Shown here: one piece after another, positions 17,848 to 27,436 of the stretch
Numbering within the stretch: position 1 is the stretch's first letter
Layout of the letters: each line of letters opens with the position of its first letter
DNA from: a virus
Virus record (IMG/VR): IMGVR_UViG_3300033074_002003
Direction: 5' to 3' (one strand)
Length of the DNA: 64,000 nt
Program-made: the position numbers and the translations under genes
The notes under the pieces: generated by a model
Seen by the model: only the letters and a program-made list of their open reading frames with translations
Told to the model about the DNA's origin: nothing
The model's database searches: none

Positions 17848-20800
17848 ATGGCAGAACAGACATTTCGTTCGCCAGGATTTTACGAGTCTGAGATTGATGC
17901 CGGCAACAGTGCAGCTACCCCAACAGGTACTCCAGCTGGTGTCGTTGGCACATCAGACAAGGGTCCTGCGTTCGTTCCGATTACTGTCGGTTCGTTTTCC
18001 GACTTCAAGGCGAAGTTCGGCGGTCTCAATCCCAAGAAGTACGGTCCTTACGCTGTCAAGTCATTTCTCGATAGCAAGAATGCCTGTACGTTCGTCCGCG
18101 TCCTCGGCGCCGGTGCTAACAACCTGGAGTCTGAGATTACGACGACAGAGCTCACCGGAAAGGTAAAGAACGCCGGATTCGTCATTGCTGGCACCGCGGC
18201 AAATGCGGGTGTCGGTGGAACTGACGGTCGTTACAAGGGTGCGGTTCAGCTTCTTACCGCGCGTCACACGCTTCAGACAAATGAGGCGTTCGGCATCCCG
18301 ATGTTCAGTGACTCTGACGCATACCTCGGTGCTTCGTCAGTTCACCTCGTCCGCGCGATGGTCCTTCTCGCTTCTGGCACGAGGATGATGGTTGTCAACG
18401 GTGATGAGCCCGTGACAGGAGTGTTCGGTTCTCTGGTACCCGATGACTACGCGACGGTTGCCTCTGGCAAGTTCAAGCTCATCCTCTCTTCGACGGACGG
18501 AACTGCATTCGGTGTTGCTGATGGCCTCTCTGGCCTCAAAGTTTACACCGCGTCGCTCGATCCCTCGAGCACCGATTACATCGGCAAGCTGCTCAACTCT
18601 GATCCCGATCGCTTTGCTACCGATCAACACCTTCTCTACGCAGATTTTGCCGTCGACAATGAGGTCGCGACAGCTACTGCAGTCGGCGTTGCATCAGGCT
18701 CTTCGAACACATCACAGACGTCCGGAGACACTTCGCTAGCATTCCGCGAGGCTTTCGGTCGCTTCGACACACGCTACACGACTCCGCGTACGACGATGTT
18801 CATCTCGCAGCCGTTCGGAAAGGTCGAGTATGACCTCTTCTACTTCGAGACACTGGACGACGGTGAGTACGCAAATACCCTCTACAAGGTTTCGATCTCT
18901 AACGTAAGAGCGTCTTCCGATCCGTCGAGCCCATGGGGCACGTTCCAAGTGCTCATTCGTTCGTTCGATGATACGGACGCAAATCCGAAGGTCCTCGAGC
19001 GCTTCCCAAACCTGACGCTCGACCCGAACTCTGATCGCTACATTGCGAAGGTGATCGGTGACCGTGAAGTTAGCTACAACTTCGACGCGACCGACATTGC
19101 AGAGCGCCGCCTTGTCGTCTCCGGCAAGTACAAGAACGCTTCGCGCTACTGCCGTGTTATCGTAAGTGATGCCGTTCGCGATGGGCTTGTCCCGCAGAAC
19201 GTGTTGCCTTTCGGCTTCAGGGGCATTCCGGTTCTGAAGACAAATGACAACCTTACCGATGTCGGTTCTTCGAACCCGCGTCGCCTTGGCATGTCTTTCG
19301 GTCTGAACGTGACATCGTCACTCTCTGGTAGCATCGTGCCGCCCGTTCCCTTCCGACTGAAGGTCACAAAGGGAGACGTTGGCACCTCGGGCTTCACAGG
19401 AAATCCCGGTGCAACGGAGATTGTCAACGCTTCATACTACTGGGGCGTGAAATTCGAGAGGAACACGACCCCTCTCAACCCGAACCCTGCGACAGAGAAG
19501 AACACTCTCATCGGATCGTTTGCGAAGTTCCTTGGAATTTCGAAGCTCGATACGCTTCTCACCGGTTCTGGTGCGGATACACAGAACAACAACAAGTTCA
19601 CGCTTGCAAACGTCGCGTTCTTGCAGCAGGCCGTGTCTGAGCTCACGGGTTCTCCTGTTCAGCACATGCGTGATGTTGCGTACATCAGGAACGCGCGCCC
19701 AGATCCGACATCCTACACCGTGAACGACGGTGTGATCACAAGAAGGATCACGTTCGCGACTCTTGCTGCACAGACGTCGTCCGTCGAGTTCAACAGGTTC
19801 ACGGCGTACGCGAAGTTCACGAACTTCTTCTACGGTGGGTTCGATGGTGTGAACATCCTCGACAGGAACGCTCGTCGAATGAACGACAAGGCGAGTTCCT
19901 TCTCGTCGTATGGTGGAGCAGAGTCTTCGTACGTGTCGCCGGGCCTCAGCAGCAACGTAGGTGGAGCGGGCGTGTCAAACAACGTCGTCTACTCCTACAA
20001 GATTGCCGCAACGATCATGACAGATCCGATGACGGTGAACACAAACATCCTCGCTCTTCCTGGCATCAGGGAGTCGTACATCACGGATTACGTCGCCGAG
20101 AGGGCAAAAGAGTACGGTCTTGCACTGTATGTCCTCGATATCCCGTCCTACGACGAGGACAACAACCGCCTGTACGATGATTCTGTCGCGCGTCCGAGCG
20201 TCGACAAGACGGCGAAGAACTTCGAGTCGAGGGCCATCGACAACAGCTACCTCACGACATACTGGCCGGATGTCTCGCTCGATGACACCGACAATAAGCG
20301 TAGGGTCACGACTCCCGCTTCTGTCGCTGCTCTTGCGGCTCTCGGTTTCAATGACAAGGTCGGCTACCCGTGGTTCGCACCCGCTGGCTTCAATCGCGCG
20401 GCACTTGACTTCGTGAAGAATGTTGGCGTGAGACTGTCAAACTCTGACAGGGATCGCCTGCAGGACGCGCGCATCAACCCGATCGCATCGTTCCCGAAAG
20501 AGGGATTCGTCATCTACGGTCAGAAGACGCTTCAGCAGATGCGAAGCGCCCTCGACAGGGTAAACGTGAGGCGCCTCGTCCTCGAGGTGAAGAGGCTCGT
20601 TGTCGAGCGTGCTCGCAAGCTCGTCTTCGAGAACGGTCTCCCAGAAGAGCGCGACAATTTCGTGAAGGACGTTACGACACAACTCGGCCTCATTCAGACA
20701 CAGGCCGGTCTCGAGTCGTTCAGCGTCACAATGGACGACACGAACAACACACAGGCTGACTTGGACGATCACAGGGTGAACGGCTCAATCGTTCTCGTTC

Positions 20801-20868
20801 CGACGAAGACGATCGAGTTCATCAGCATTGACTTTGTGATCGCCAACGGGCAGGTCACGTTCGTCTGA
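17848..20868 (+). CDS. Tail sheath protein, gp18-like, paralog 1.
   Basis: The N-terminus TGTPAGVVGTSDKGPAFVPITVGSFSDFKAKFG matches T4 gp18 STGTAALAGKFQWGPAF...FG. The conserved C-terminal domain is present (NPIASFP...GQKTL...LDRVNVRRL...VPTKTIEFISIDF). Confidence 0.85.
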   Translation: MAEQTFRSPGFYESEIDAGNSAATPTGTPAGVVGTSDKGPAFVPITVGSFSDFKAKFGGLNPKKYGPYAVKSFLDSKNACTFVRVLGAGANNLESEITTTELTGKVKNAGFVIAGTAANAGVGGTDGRYKGAVQLLTARHTLQTNEAFGIPMFSDSDAYLGASSVHLVRAMVLLASGTRMMVVNGDEPVTGVFGSLVPDDYATVASGKFKLILSSTDGTAFGVADGLSGLKVYTASLDPSSTDYIGKLLNSDPDRFATDQHLLYADFAVDNEVATATAVGVASGSSNTSQTSGDTSLAFREAFGRFDTRYTTPRTTMFISQPFGKVEYDLFYFETLDDGEYANTLYKVSISNVRASSDPSSPWGTFQVLIRSFDDTDANPKVLERFPNLTLDPNSDRYIAKVIGDREVSYNFDATDIAERRLVVSGKYKNASRYCRVIVSDAVRDGLVPQNVLPFGFRGIPVLKTNDNLTDVGSSNPRRLGMSFGLNVTSSLSGSIVPPVPFRLKVTKGDVGTSGFTGNPGATEIVNASYYWGVKFERNTTPLNPNPATEKNTLIGSFAKFLGISKLDTLLTGSGADTQNNNKFTLANVAFLQQAVSELTGSPVQHMRDVAYIRNARPDPTSYTVNDGVITRRITFATLAAQTSSVEFNRFTAYAKFTNFFYGGFDGVNILDRNARRMNDKASSFSSYGGAESSYVSPGLSSNVGGAGVSNNVVYSYKIAATIMTDPMTVNTNILALPGIRESYITDYVAERAKEYGLALYVLDIPSYDEDNNRLYDDSVARPSVDKTAKNFESRAIDNSYLTTYWPDVSLDDTDNKRRVTTPASVAALAALGFNDKVGYPWFAPAGFNRAALDFVKNVGVRLSNSDRDRLQDARINPIASFPKEGFVIYGQKTLQQMRSALDRVNVRRLVLEVKRLVVERARKLVFENGLPEERDNFVKDVTTQLGLIQTQAGLESFSVTMDDTNNTQADLDDHRVNGSIVLVPTKTIEFISIDFVIANGQVTFV

Positions 20869-20880
20869 TTACGCAAAGGC

Positions 20881-20888
20881 CGATACTT
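20881..20888 (+). promoter_or_regulatory. ATACTTA motif instance (GATACTTAGACAC), 25 nt upstream of the sheath 2 start.
   Basis: Recurring motif; see findings. Confidence 0.3.
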
Positions 20889-20912
20889 AGACACGATTAG
20901 GGAGTGACATAA

Positions 20913-23900
20913 ATGGCAGGGTCAAAATTCAGCAGTGCCGGTGTTTCCACGACGGAGATCGATCGGTCCGGTCCTCGGACAGTCGAACCGACAGGTACGC
21001 CAGCAGGCGTCATCGGTACCTCTCTGAAGGGCCCAGCCTTCGTTCCTGTGACTGTCGCTGTGGACGATGACTTCTACTCTGTCTTCGGAAAGACTGATGG
21101 AAAGAAGTTCGGACCTCTCGCGATGGTTGAGTGGCTACGTAACTCTCGCGCAGGTACATACCTTCGCGTCCTCGGTGCTGGTAAAGCACAGCGCAGGCTC
21201 ACGAACGGAGCGAACGTTGGCAGCGTCGAAGGTGCGGGGTTCGTTGTGGGAGCTCAGCTTCCAGACTCCAGCACGGGTGCTCTGACAAACAACCCGTACG
21301 CAAACCTCAACGGTCCCCCAGGAAGGATGTACTTCTTGGGCGCGCTCATGTCGGAGTCGCTGAACTCTACGGTGTTCTCGGACGCGGGACTTCAGGGTCC
21401 TGGTGGTAAGGCACTTCACACAACGGCATCAATCCCGATCGTTCGCGGTGTTGTCATGGCCGCTTCTGGCGTTCTCCTGAGGATGTCTTCGTCTCGCGAT
21501 GGCACAAACTCTGCGCCTGCTTCTACACTTGCTGGTACAGACGCCGGTTCGAACGGTCAGATCATTGGCGCGGTGAAGCTCCTCGAGTCGGGTGTTTCGA
21601 AGCAGGAGTTCGTCATTCTCTTGAACGGACACAAGGGAACTGATGCATCATACCCGAACGCCATCACGGCGTCCTTCGATGTGACAGCACCAAACTACTT
21701 CGGTAACGTCCTCAACAAAGATCCCTACAAGATTGCGCAGGCCGGTCACTACCTCTACGCACAGTACGACATTCACGGCGCGCAGGCGGTCGTGACGGGT
21801 ACTGGAATCGTTTCGACTGCTCTCTCCGCTGGCGGTGGTATCGCTACTGGCTTCGAGGAAGCGGCGTTCATCACGTCGGGTTCTGCCGCCCGCAATACGG
21901 GTGCGGCGAACATCCCCAACTACGAAAACTGGGAGGATCGCTACGACACGGGTAAGACGCCGTGGGTGATCTCGCAGAGGTTCGGTGGTTCACCGGCAAA
22001 CCTCTTCAGATTCTGGATGTTTGACGACGGTGCTGACGTCGCAAACAAGATCAAGATCTCGATCGAGAGCATCACGCCCTCGACAGATCCTACGAACAAG
22101 TACGGCACATTCGATGTCGTGATTCGTAGGTGGGAAGACCGCGACACAGACGCGAAGATCCTCGAGTCGTACAGGGGCGTCAACCTCGATCCTTCGTCTG
22201 ACAAGTACATCGCGAAGGCGATCGGTGATCAGAACATCTACTACGACTGGGAACACGTTGACGACGCGCAGAAGCTCGTTGTCCTCGGCAACTTCCCACG
22301 CGTTTCGAACTACGTTCGCGTAGAGGTAGACTCGCAGGTCGACTCCACGGAGATGGACGCGACAGCTCTTCCGATGGGCTTCCGCGGCGCTCCGCACCTC
22401 ATCACTTCTGGTTCTATGCCGCTCACGAAGGGGTCAGATACGGCCTTCGTCTCGACAGCAACGGGATACGTCGGAAGGGCGGTCCAACCACCGGTTCCCA
22501 TGAGGACAAACATCACAGCGGGATCTGGTGCCTCGCGTGTCGTGAACTCGTCGTACTACTGGGGTGTTCAGTTCGAGCAGGTATCGAACCTCGACCTCCC
22601 GAACGCGTCGTCTGTCCAGAACAAGACGGTCACTAACCTCACGAAGTACTTCCCAAACTTCCAGACGGTAAACGCAAATGTTCTCGCCGAGGACAACTCG
22701 GGCGTCGCAGAGTCGACGACCATGGGTGTGCTCGATGTCGATAGGTTCAACAATAACCTGTTCTCTCTCGAGAACCTCCAGGTTGTCACGAACTCCGCGG
22801 GCTACGCAGATGCGTCCCAGTGGGCATCTGCGGCATACGTCAGGAACGGCGCGATCGCGGCGTCCGATTCGGCGAAGACCCGTGCGTTCAGGCTCACAGA
22901 CCTCACACAGCAGTCGAACAGGAAGTTCGCAAAGTTCTCGCTCTTCGTACAGGGTGGGTTTAACGGCGTGAACATCTTTGACAGGGACGCAGCTGAGCTC
23001 ACGAACAACGCAATTGCGTACGAGATGGCGAACTCCTCACGCGGACTCACCGATGGTCCAACGGTGAAGACGTACCGCAAGGCGATCGATATCATGAAGA
23101 GCACGACAGATGTCGATGTGAAGCTCCTCGTGGCTCCTGGCATCAGGAACCCGATTGTCACCGACTACATGATCAGCGCCGTCGAGGATCGCTTCGACGC
23201 CCTCTACATCATGGACATCGAGGAGAACGACACACACAACCTCCTCGTGACATCCTCGGGACAGACACCGAACGTTCAGTACACCGCGGCTCGCCTCGCG
23301 GACCGCGCACTGAACACGTCCTTCGCGGCAGCTTACTACCCCGACGTCATCATGACAGACCCGAACACACTGACGAACGTCGTTGTGCCACCCTCTGTCG
23401 CGGTGCTCGGAGCGTTCGCTGTGAACGACTCGCTCGCACACCCGTGGTTCGCGCCCGCTGGCTTCGCTCGTGGAGCGCTTGCATCGACGCTCGAGGCGAC
23501 GATCAAGCTCAGCAAGGACAACATGGATACGCTGTCCGACGTCGACATCAACCCGATCGTCGCGTTCCCGGGTTCTTCGCCCACGGGTGCGGATCCAAAG
23601 CCGGGCGGCGTCGTGGTGTGGGGACAGAAGACGCTGTACTCGGTCGCCTCGTCGCTTGACAGGGTGAACGTGCGTCGACTCCTCATCGAGATCCGCAGGA
23701 TGGTCAGGGAGATCTCCAACCTGATCGTGTTCGAGCCCAACCGCGAGGCGACGCTGTCCCGCTTCTCAAACCTCGTGAACCCTCGCCTCGCGAAGGTTCA
23801 GGTGCAGGGCGGTGTCACGAAGTTCCTCGTGAAGATCGATACATCGACCACGACACAGAACGACATCGACAACAACACAATTCGCGGTCAGATCTTCGTC

Positions 23901-23963
23901 ATTCCGACGAAGACGATCGAGACGGTCTCCATCGACTTCATCGTGTCAAATCCTGGCACCTGA
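20913..23963 (+). CDS. Tail sheath protein, gp18-like, paralog 2.
   Basis: The same N-terminal motifs (TGTPAGVIGTSLKGPAFVPVTV) and C-terminal motifs (NPIVAFP...WGQKTL...LDRVNVRRL...IPTKTIETVSIDF) as paralog 1. Confidence 0.85.
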   Translation: MAGSKFSSAGVSTTEIDRSGPRTVEPTGTPAGVIGTSLKGPAFVPVTVAVDDDFYSVFGKTDGKKFGPLAMVEWLRNSRAGTYLRVLGAGKAQRRLTNGANVGSVEGAGFVVGAQLPDSSTGALTNNPYANLNGPPGRMYFLGALMSESLNSTVFSDAGLQGPGGKALHTTASIPIVRGVVMAASGVLLRMSSSRDGTNSAPASTLAGTDAGSNGQIIGAVKLLESGVSKQEFVILLNGHKGTDASYPNAITASFDVTAPNYFGNVLNKDPYKIAQAGHYLYAQYDIHGAQAVVTGTGIVSTALSAGGGIATGFEEAAFITSGSAARNTGAANIPNYENWEDRYDTGKTPWVISQRFGGSPANLFRFWMFDDGADVANKIKISIESITPSTDPTNKYGTFDVVIRRWEDRDTDAKILESYRGVNLDPSSDKYIAKAIGDQNIYYDWEHVDDAQKLVVLGNFPRVSNYVRVEVDSQVDSTEMDATALPMGFRGAPHLITSGSMPLTKGSDTAFVSTATGYVGRAVQPPVPMRTNITAGSGASRVVNSSYYWGVQFEQVSNLDLPNASSVQNKTVTNLTKYFPNFQTVNANVLAEDNSGVAESTTMGVLDVDRFNNNLFSLENLQVVTNSAGYADASQWASAAYVRNGAIAASDSAKTRAFRLTDLTQQSNRKFAKFSLFVQGGFNGVNIFDRDAAELTNNAIAYEMANSSRGLTDGPTVKTYRKAIDIMKSTTDVDVKLLVAPGIRNPIVTDYMISAVEDRFDALYIMDIEENDTHNLLVTSSGQTPNVQYTAARLADRALNTSFAAAYYPDVIMTDPNTLTNVVVPPSVAVLGAFAVNDSLAHPWFAPAGFARGALASTLEATIKLSKDNMDTLSDVDINPIVAFPGSSPTGADPKPGGVVVWGQKTLYSVASSLDRVNVRRLLIEIRRMVREISNLIVFEPNREATLSRFSNLVNPRLAKVQVQGGVTKFLVKIDTSTTTQNDIDNNTIRGQIFVIPTKTIETVSIDFIVSNPGT

Positions 23964-24096
23964 TCTTGGGGCGATGTAGATGAGAGGCTGCGAATTCCCT
24001 AGTAATGACGAGCTCCTCTTCGATGATGAAGATCTCGAGGAGGTTGCTCCGTCACACCGGGTCGGGAAGACGAAAAAGAAACACGAGGGAGCGACA

Positions 24097-24531
24097 ATGA
24101 AGATCAAGTGGAATAGTTTGCGACGGCTCATTAGGGAAGAGATCAAGCGTAGTGGGCTCCTCACAGAGGTTGCCTGCCCGGTGTGCGGCACCGAGGGCGC
24201 GTACGTGGGACTCAACAACGTAGAGTGCACAAACAAAAAGTGCAAGCACTACGTACCGTCAGAGGCTGCTCCCGAGGCATCCGCAAAGAGCATCAAATTT
24301 CACCCTTCAAACGATCCATACGTAGTGAATCACTTGATGCCTTACTTTGAGGCGGGAGAAATCACACCATGTCCTGGTGCTGATTATTACGCAACGGGTT
24401 ACGGTTCTCTTGGTGCCTACAACAGTGAGGGCACGTGTGTCGGACAATGGCAGTGTGATACCGAAATACCCGATTGTGAAGCCAACGTCCAGCGGAGTCC
24501 CGATTACAGCGGACAGTGGGGACCCCCGTGA
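24097..24531 (+). CDS. Leader-family small protein 1 with a zinc-ribbon (CPVCGTEGAYVGLNNVEC...KCKHY). The start was chosen at the internal Met.
   Basis: The N-terminus is MKIKWNSLRRLIREEIKRSG. A gaggga RBS lies upstream. Confidence 0.55.
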   Translation: MKIKWNSLRRLIREEIKRSGLLTEVACPVCGTEGAYVGLNNVECTNKKCKHYVPSEAAPEASAKSIKFHPSNDPYVVNHLMPYFEAGEITPCPGADYYATGYGSLGAYNSEGTCVGQWQCDTEIPDCEANVQRSPDYSGQWGPP

Positions 24532-24917
24532 GAATCAGACTCTCAGCTCTGCGACGGCTCATCAAAGAGGAACTGTCACTCTTGACAGAGTCCCGGTGTC
24601 CCGTCTGTGGAACTGAGGGTGCGTACGTAGGACTGAATGACGTAGAGTGTGTCAATCCACGCTGTACGCACTACAAGCGTCCAGAGAATGTCATTGGCAC
24701 TGCTGGTTTCAAACCGGGCGACATCGTTAGATACGATGGGTCATACGACGGTGATGTGCCAGAATTTGGCATGGTTGACGAGGTCGAGGGAAACCTTCTC
24801 ATTGTCACGTCGCTTGACAATCCTGGAGAAGAGCGGGAATGGGACGCCGAGACGTGTCAACTTGTCCCGGAAGACGCGTATCCCGGAAAAAAACCAAGAA
24901 AGAAAAATCGGCCATGA
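24516..24917 (+). CDS. Leader-family small protein 2, a zinc-ribbon paralog of protein 1.
   Basis: The N-terminus is (V)RIRLSALRRLIKEELSLLT with a GTG start. The zinc-ribbon reads CPVCGTEGAYVGLNDVECVNPRCTHY. The gene overlaps the end of the previous gene. Confidence 0.55.
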   Translation: MGTPVRIRLSALRRLIKEELSLLTESRCPVCGTEGAYVGLNDVECVNPRCTHYKRPENVIGTAGFKPGDIVRYDGSYDGDVPEFGMVDEVEGNLLIVTSLDNPGEEREWDAETCQLVPEDAYPGKKPRKKNRP

Positions 24918-25297
24918 GAATCAGACTTAGCCAACTGCGTCAGATTATCAGAGAAGAACTGTCTGCCGTTGTTCCGCCGGGTGACGACTGGGAAGAGATC
25001 ATGGCGAGAGTCAAGAAATACCCAGGTCGCGGCGGTGAGCGGTACGAGGCGGGAACGGGCGGAGATCCGAGCCTGGGCCGCGGACAGCTAGAGCGTGACA
25101 ATCCCGAGGCCTTCGCCGCTCTTGAAGACATGTTCGGTGACACATCTAGCATTAAGGTTTGGGAAGAGATGGGCGCGCTGCACGCAACGGCTCCGGGCGG
25201 GCGGGGTGCGGGTTCTCTTCTCCTCTGGGGTGCGGACGGTCAGTGGCACAGGGCGTACGATCGCAGGAAGCGCGTCCGCGCGTCGGTTGATGGCTAA
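24914..25297 (+). CDS. Leader-family small protein 3.
   Basis: The N-terminus is MRIRLSQLRQIIREELSAVV. The ATGA overlap with the upstream stop suggests translational coupling. Confidence 0.5.
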   Translation: MRIRLSQLRQIIREELSAVVPPGDDWEEIMARVKKYPGRGGERYEAGTGGDPSLGRGQLERDNPEAFAALEDMFGDTSSIKVWEEMGALHATAPGGRGAGSLLLWGADGQWHRAYDRRKRVRASVDG

Positions 25298-25317
25298 ACT
25301 AAGAAAAGTGTAGGACA

Positions 25318-25605
25318 ATGAAAATCAAACTCAGCAAACTGCGTCAAATCATCAGGGAGGAGCTGTCGCCGCCCGAGGGGACGACCCTCGATTCGCGCTC
25401 GCTCGCCGAAGCCACGCTAGAAGACGCGGACGTGCAGGAGTCGATTCGCGATCTAGCGATGAGCGTTACAAGTGCGCTGGGTGAGCTCATGGGACGCAGG
25501 GACATGGGTGAGCTTCACATACACTTTGCCAACGAGTTCTCTGATGCTGTCATCGAGATGATCAATGACGATCTCTTGCAGTTCTACGCAGAGAACCCGG
25601 AGTGA
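25318..25605 (+). CDS. Leader-family small protein 4.
   Basis: The N-terminus is MKIKLSKLRQIIREELSPPE. Confidence 0.55.
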   Translation: MKIKLSKLRQIIREELSPPEGTTLDSRSLAEATLEDADVQESIRDLAMSVTSALGELMGRRDMGELHIHFANEFSDAVIEMINDDLLQFYAENPE

Positions 25606-25607
25606 CG

Positions 25608-26771
25608 TCAGTGCGGACGTGACTTTCGTAGGTTCATCCAATCTGATTCCCACATGGTAACGACGACATAGCCTGCTTCTCGCAGGATACTTTCGCGGTC
25701 TAGCGTATATTGCAAGTGTTGTGACATTGGTGCGCACGACATGTGATTGATTTTGTCGGGTGCCTGTGTCTTCGGATTGCCGTGCCAATAGTCGCCGTAG
25801 TACTCGTAGATCGTGCTGTTGATGAGCCCGTCAACGTTGAAGCGTCGACCTTCTACATGAACCCACCGATTTCGACATTCGGGTGGAATGCTGAGAGAGT
25901 CGAGCCATTCTGTTTCGCCCTTTGAGATAAGAGGCGAACAGATGTCACATCGATCGTTCAACAAACCGACGTAGTCTCGAAGCTTTTCGTTTCCGCAACT
26001 GTTACATCTCATCAGCAATGTCGCGTAGCACGCAGCCACATAGTCGGTTTCACTTCCAACAAATGTCAAGTTTTTGAGCTTTGAAAACGATTCAGAGATC
26101 TGTGACCAGGGGATCCTAATGAGATTGCGATGTCTCTCCATATCGCGACTGTTTGCCCACGTTATCAAGCGAGGCTCTGTCTCTTTCGTTTTTCCCTTTG
26201 ACCAAGCTTGACGCTTCCCAGACGCAAAATCGTCTCGTTGCTGTTGTGCCCACTTAGCAACGCGTTCGTCTGTCTCTTCTGTAAGTCCTTTGTGCCACGC
26301 ATTCCGTTCGCCACTAGCGTACTGCTCTTTGAACATTTCACTCATTGCGGCAACACGTTCGTCTGTCTCCTTTGTTTTGCCTTTTGACCAGATCGTGATT
26401 TCACCAGCGTCCATAAGCGTTTTCCGCGTCTTGCTCACTTTTTTTCCCATTGCCGCGAGGCGTGGATCAGTGTCTTTCGTTTTGCCCTTCCATGGAACTC
26501 CGTGACCATTCACGTACTCACGCTCAAATCCGCGCGCCCACCCATACCATCGCACGTACTTTCCACACCCACACTTGCAAATGGGCCTAGCACCGCCGCA
26601 TTTCGTATCGACGTAGACTTCGATCGGATCAGTAATCCCGTGAGTCGTGCCGTAATGTTCGGTAATTTTTTCGTTCATCCCGGCGCGAGCTGTCACAAAA
26701 TCGCACTTGGCACACTTGATTGGGTTTCTTGCCGACGTCTTCATTTTGTGATGATACAACGCTCTTTTCAC
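25608..26771 (-). CDS. Homing-endonuclease-like protein with a C2H2-like zinc finger, a CKCGCG motif, four NUMOD3-like repeats (GKTKETD/E...) and a Vsr-like nuclease.
   Basis: The N-terminus carries CAKCDF...EHYGTTH and CKCGCGKYV. Repeats read WKGKTKDTDPRLAAM and SKGKTKETDERVAAM. The C-terminus reads EYYGDYWHGNP...VVVTMWESDW. Confidence 0.75.
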   Translation of the reverse strand: MKRALYHHKMKTSARNPIKCAKCDFVTARAGMNEKITEHYGTTHGITDPIEVYVDTKCGGARPICKCGCGKYVRWYGWARGFEREYVNGHGVPWKGKTKDTDPRLAAMGKKVSKTRKTLMDAGEITIWSKGKTKETDERVAAMSEMFKEQYASGERNAWHKGLTEETDERVAKWAQQQRDDFASGKRQAWSKGKTKETEPRLITWANSRDMERHRNLIRIPWSQISESFSKLKNLTFVGSETDYVAACYATLLMRCNSCGNEKLRDYVGLLNDRCDICSPLISKGETEWLDSLSIPPECRNRWVHVEGRRFNVDGLINSTIYEYYGDYWHGNPKTQAPDKINHMSCAPMSQHLQYTLDRESILREAGYVVVTMWESDWMNLRKSRPH

Positions 26772-26856
26772 TTTGTTTATTTAATTTGTCGAAATTGTAA
26801 ACGAGCGCATATCTAGTCCTGTGTGACACTGAGTTGTTTGGTGTCCCAAAAGAAAG

Positions 26857-27357
26857 TTGGATGCGAAAATCGCTGAAGTTCTTGACGTTACAACTCTCCT
26901 TCCAAATAAGTACGAGCCAAAGCGAAAAGGGCGATGGTTGCTTGCGATAGAGGGTATTGACGCCTTCCTCTGCAAGACAGCCCAGAGGCCGCAGATCCAG
27001 ACAGAGCGCCTCGAGATCCCGTTCATGAACTCGCGTCGGTACATCGCGGGCAAGACGACTTTTCAGGAGATGTCAGTGACGCTCATGGACCCAGTCGCTC
27101 CCTCGGGCGCCCAGCAGGTCATGGAGTGGCTGCGCCTGCACTTCGAGTCTGTCTCGGGACGTGCGGGTTACGCAGACTTCTACAAGCGCGACGTGCAGCT
27201 CAAGTTGACAGACCCCACGGGAACGGTCGTCGAACTATGGGACGTGAAAGGCGCTTTCATAACCAACGTCAACTTCGGAGAGCTTACGTACGAAGACCAA
27301 AATGCCATCGAGATTCAGCTGACGTTGTCTTACGACAACGCTGTACTTCAGTTCTGA
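26857..27357 (+). CDS. Tail tube protein, T4 gp19-like.
   Basis: CKTAQRP...EIPFMNSRRYIAGKTTFQEMSVTLMD aligns with T4 gp19 CKATALP...KIPVGFMNRKINVAGDRTFDDWTVTVMND. The C-terminus GAFITNVNFGELTYEDQNAIEIQLTLSYD aligns with GLWPTNVGELQLDWDSNNEIQTFEVTLALDY. Confidence 0.8.
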   Translation: MDAKIAEVLDVTTLLPNKYEPKRKGRWLLAIEGIDAFLCKTAQRPQIQTERLEIPFMNSRRYIAGKTTFQEMSVTLMDPVAPSGAQQVMEWLRLHFESVSGRAGYADFYKRDVQLKLTDPTGTVVELWDVKGAFITNVNFGELTYEDQNAIEIQLTLSYDNAVLQF

Positions 27358-27383
27358 TCTCGACTCTGGATCGTTGCACCGCT

Positions 27384-27420
27384 CGAAAGGCCCTACGATG
27401 GGCCTTTCGACGTTTAATTT
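27384..27420 (+). terminator. Rho-independent terminator (CGAAAGGCCC-tacgat-GGGCCTTTCG, then ACGTTTAATTTT) after the tube gene.
   Basis: A 10-bp perfect stem and a T-rich tail lie immediately downstream of the tube gene stop. Confidence 0.55.
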
Positions 27421-27436
27421 TGTTCTTGTTGGAACG

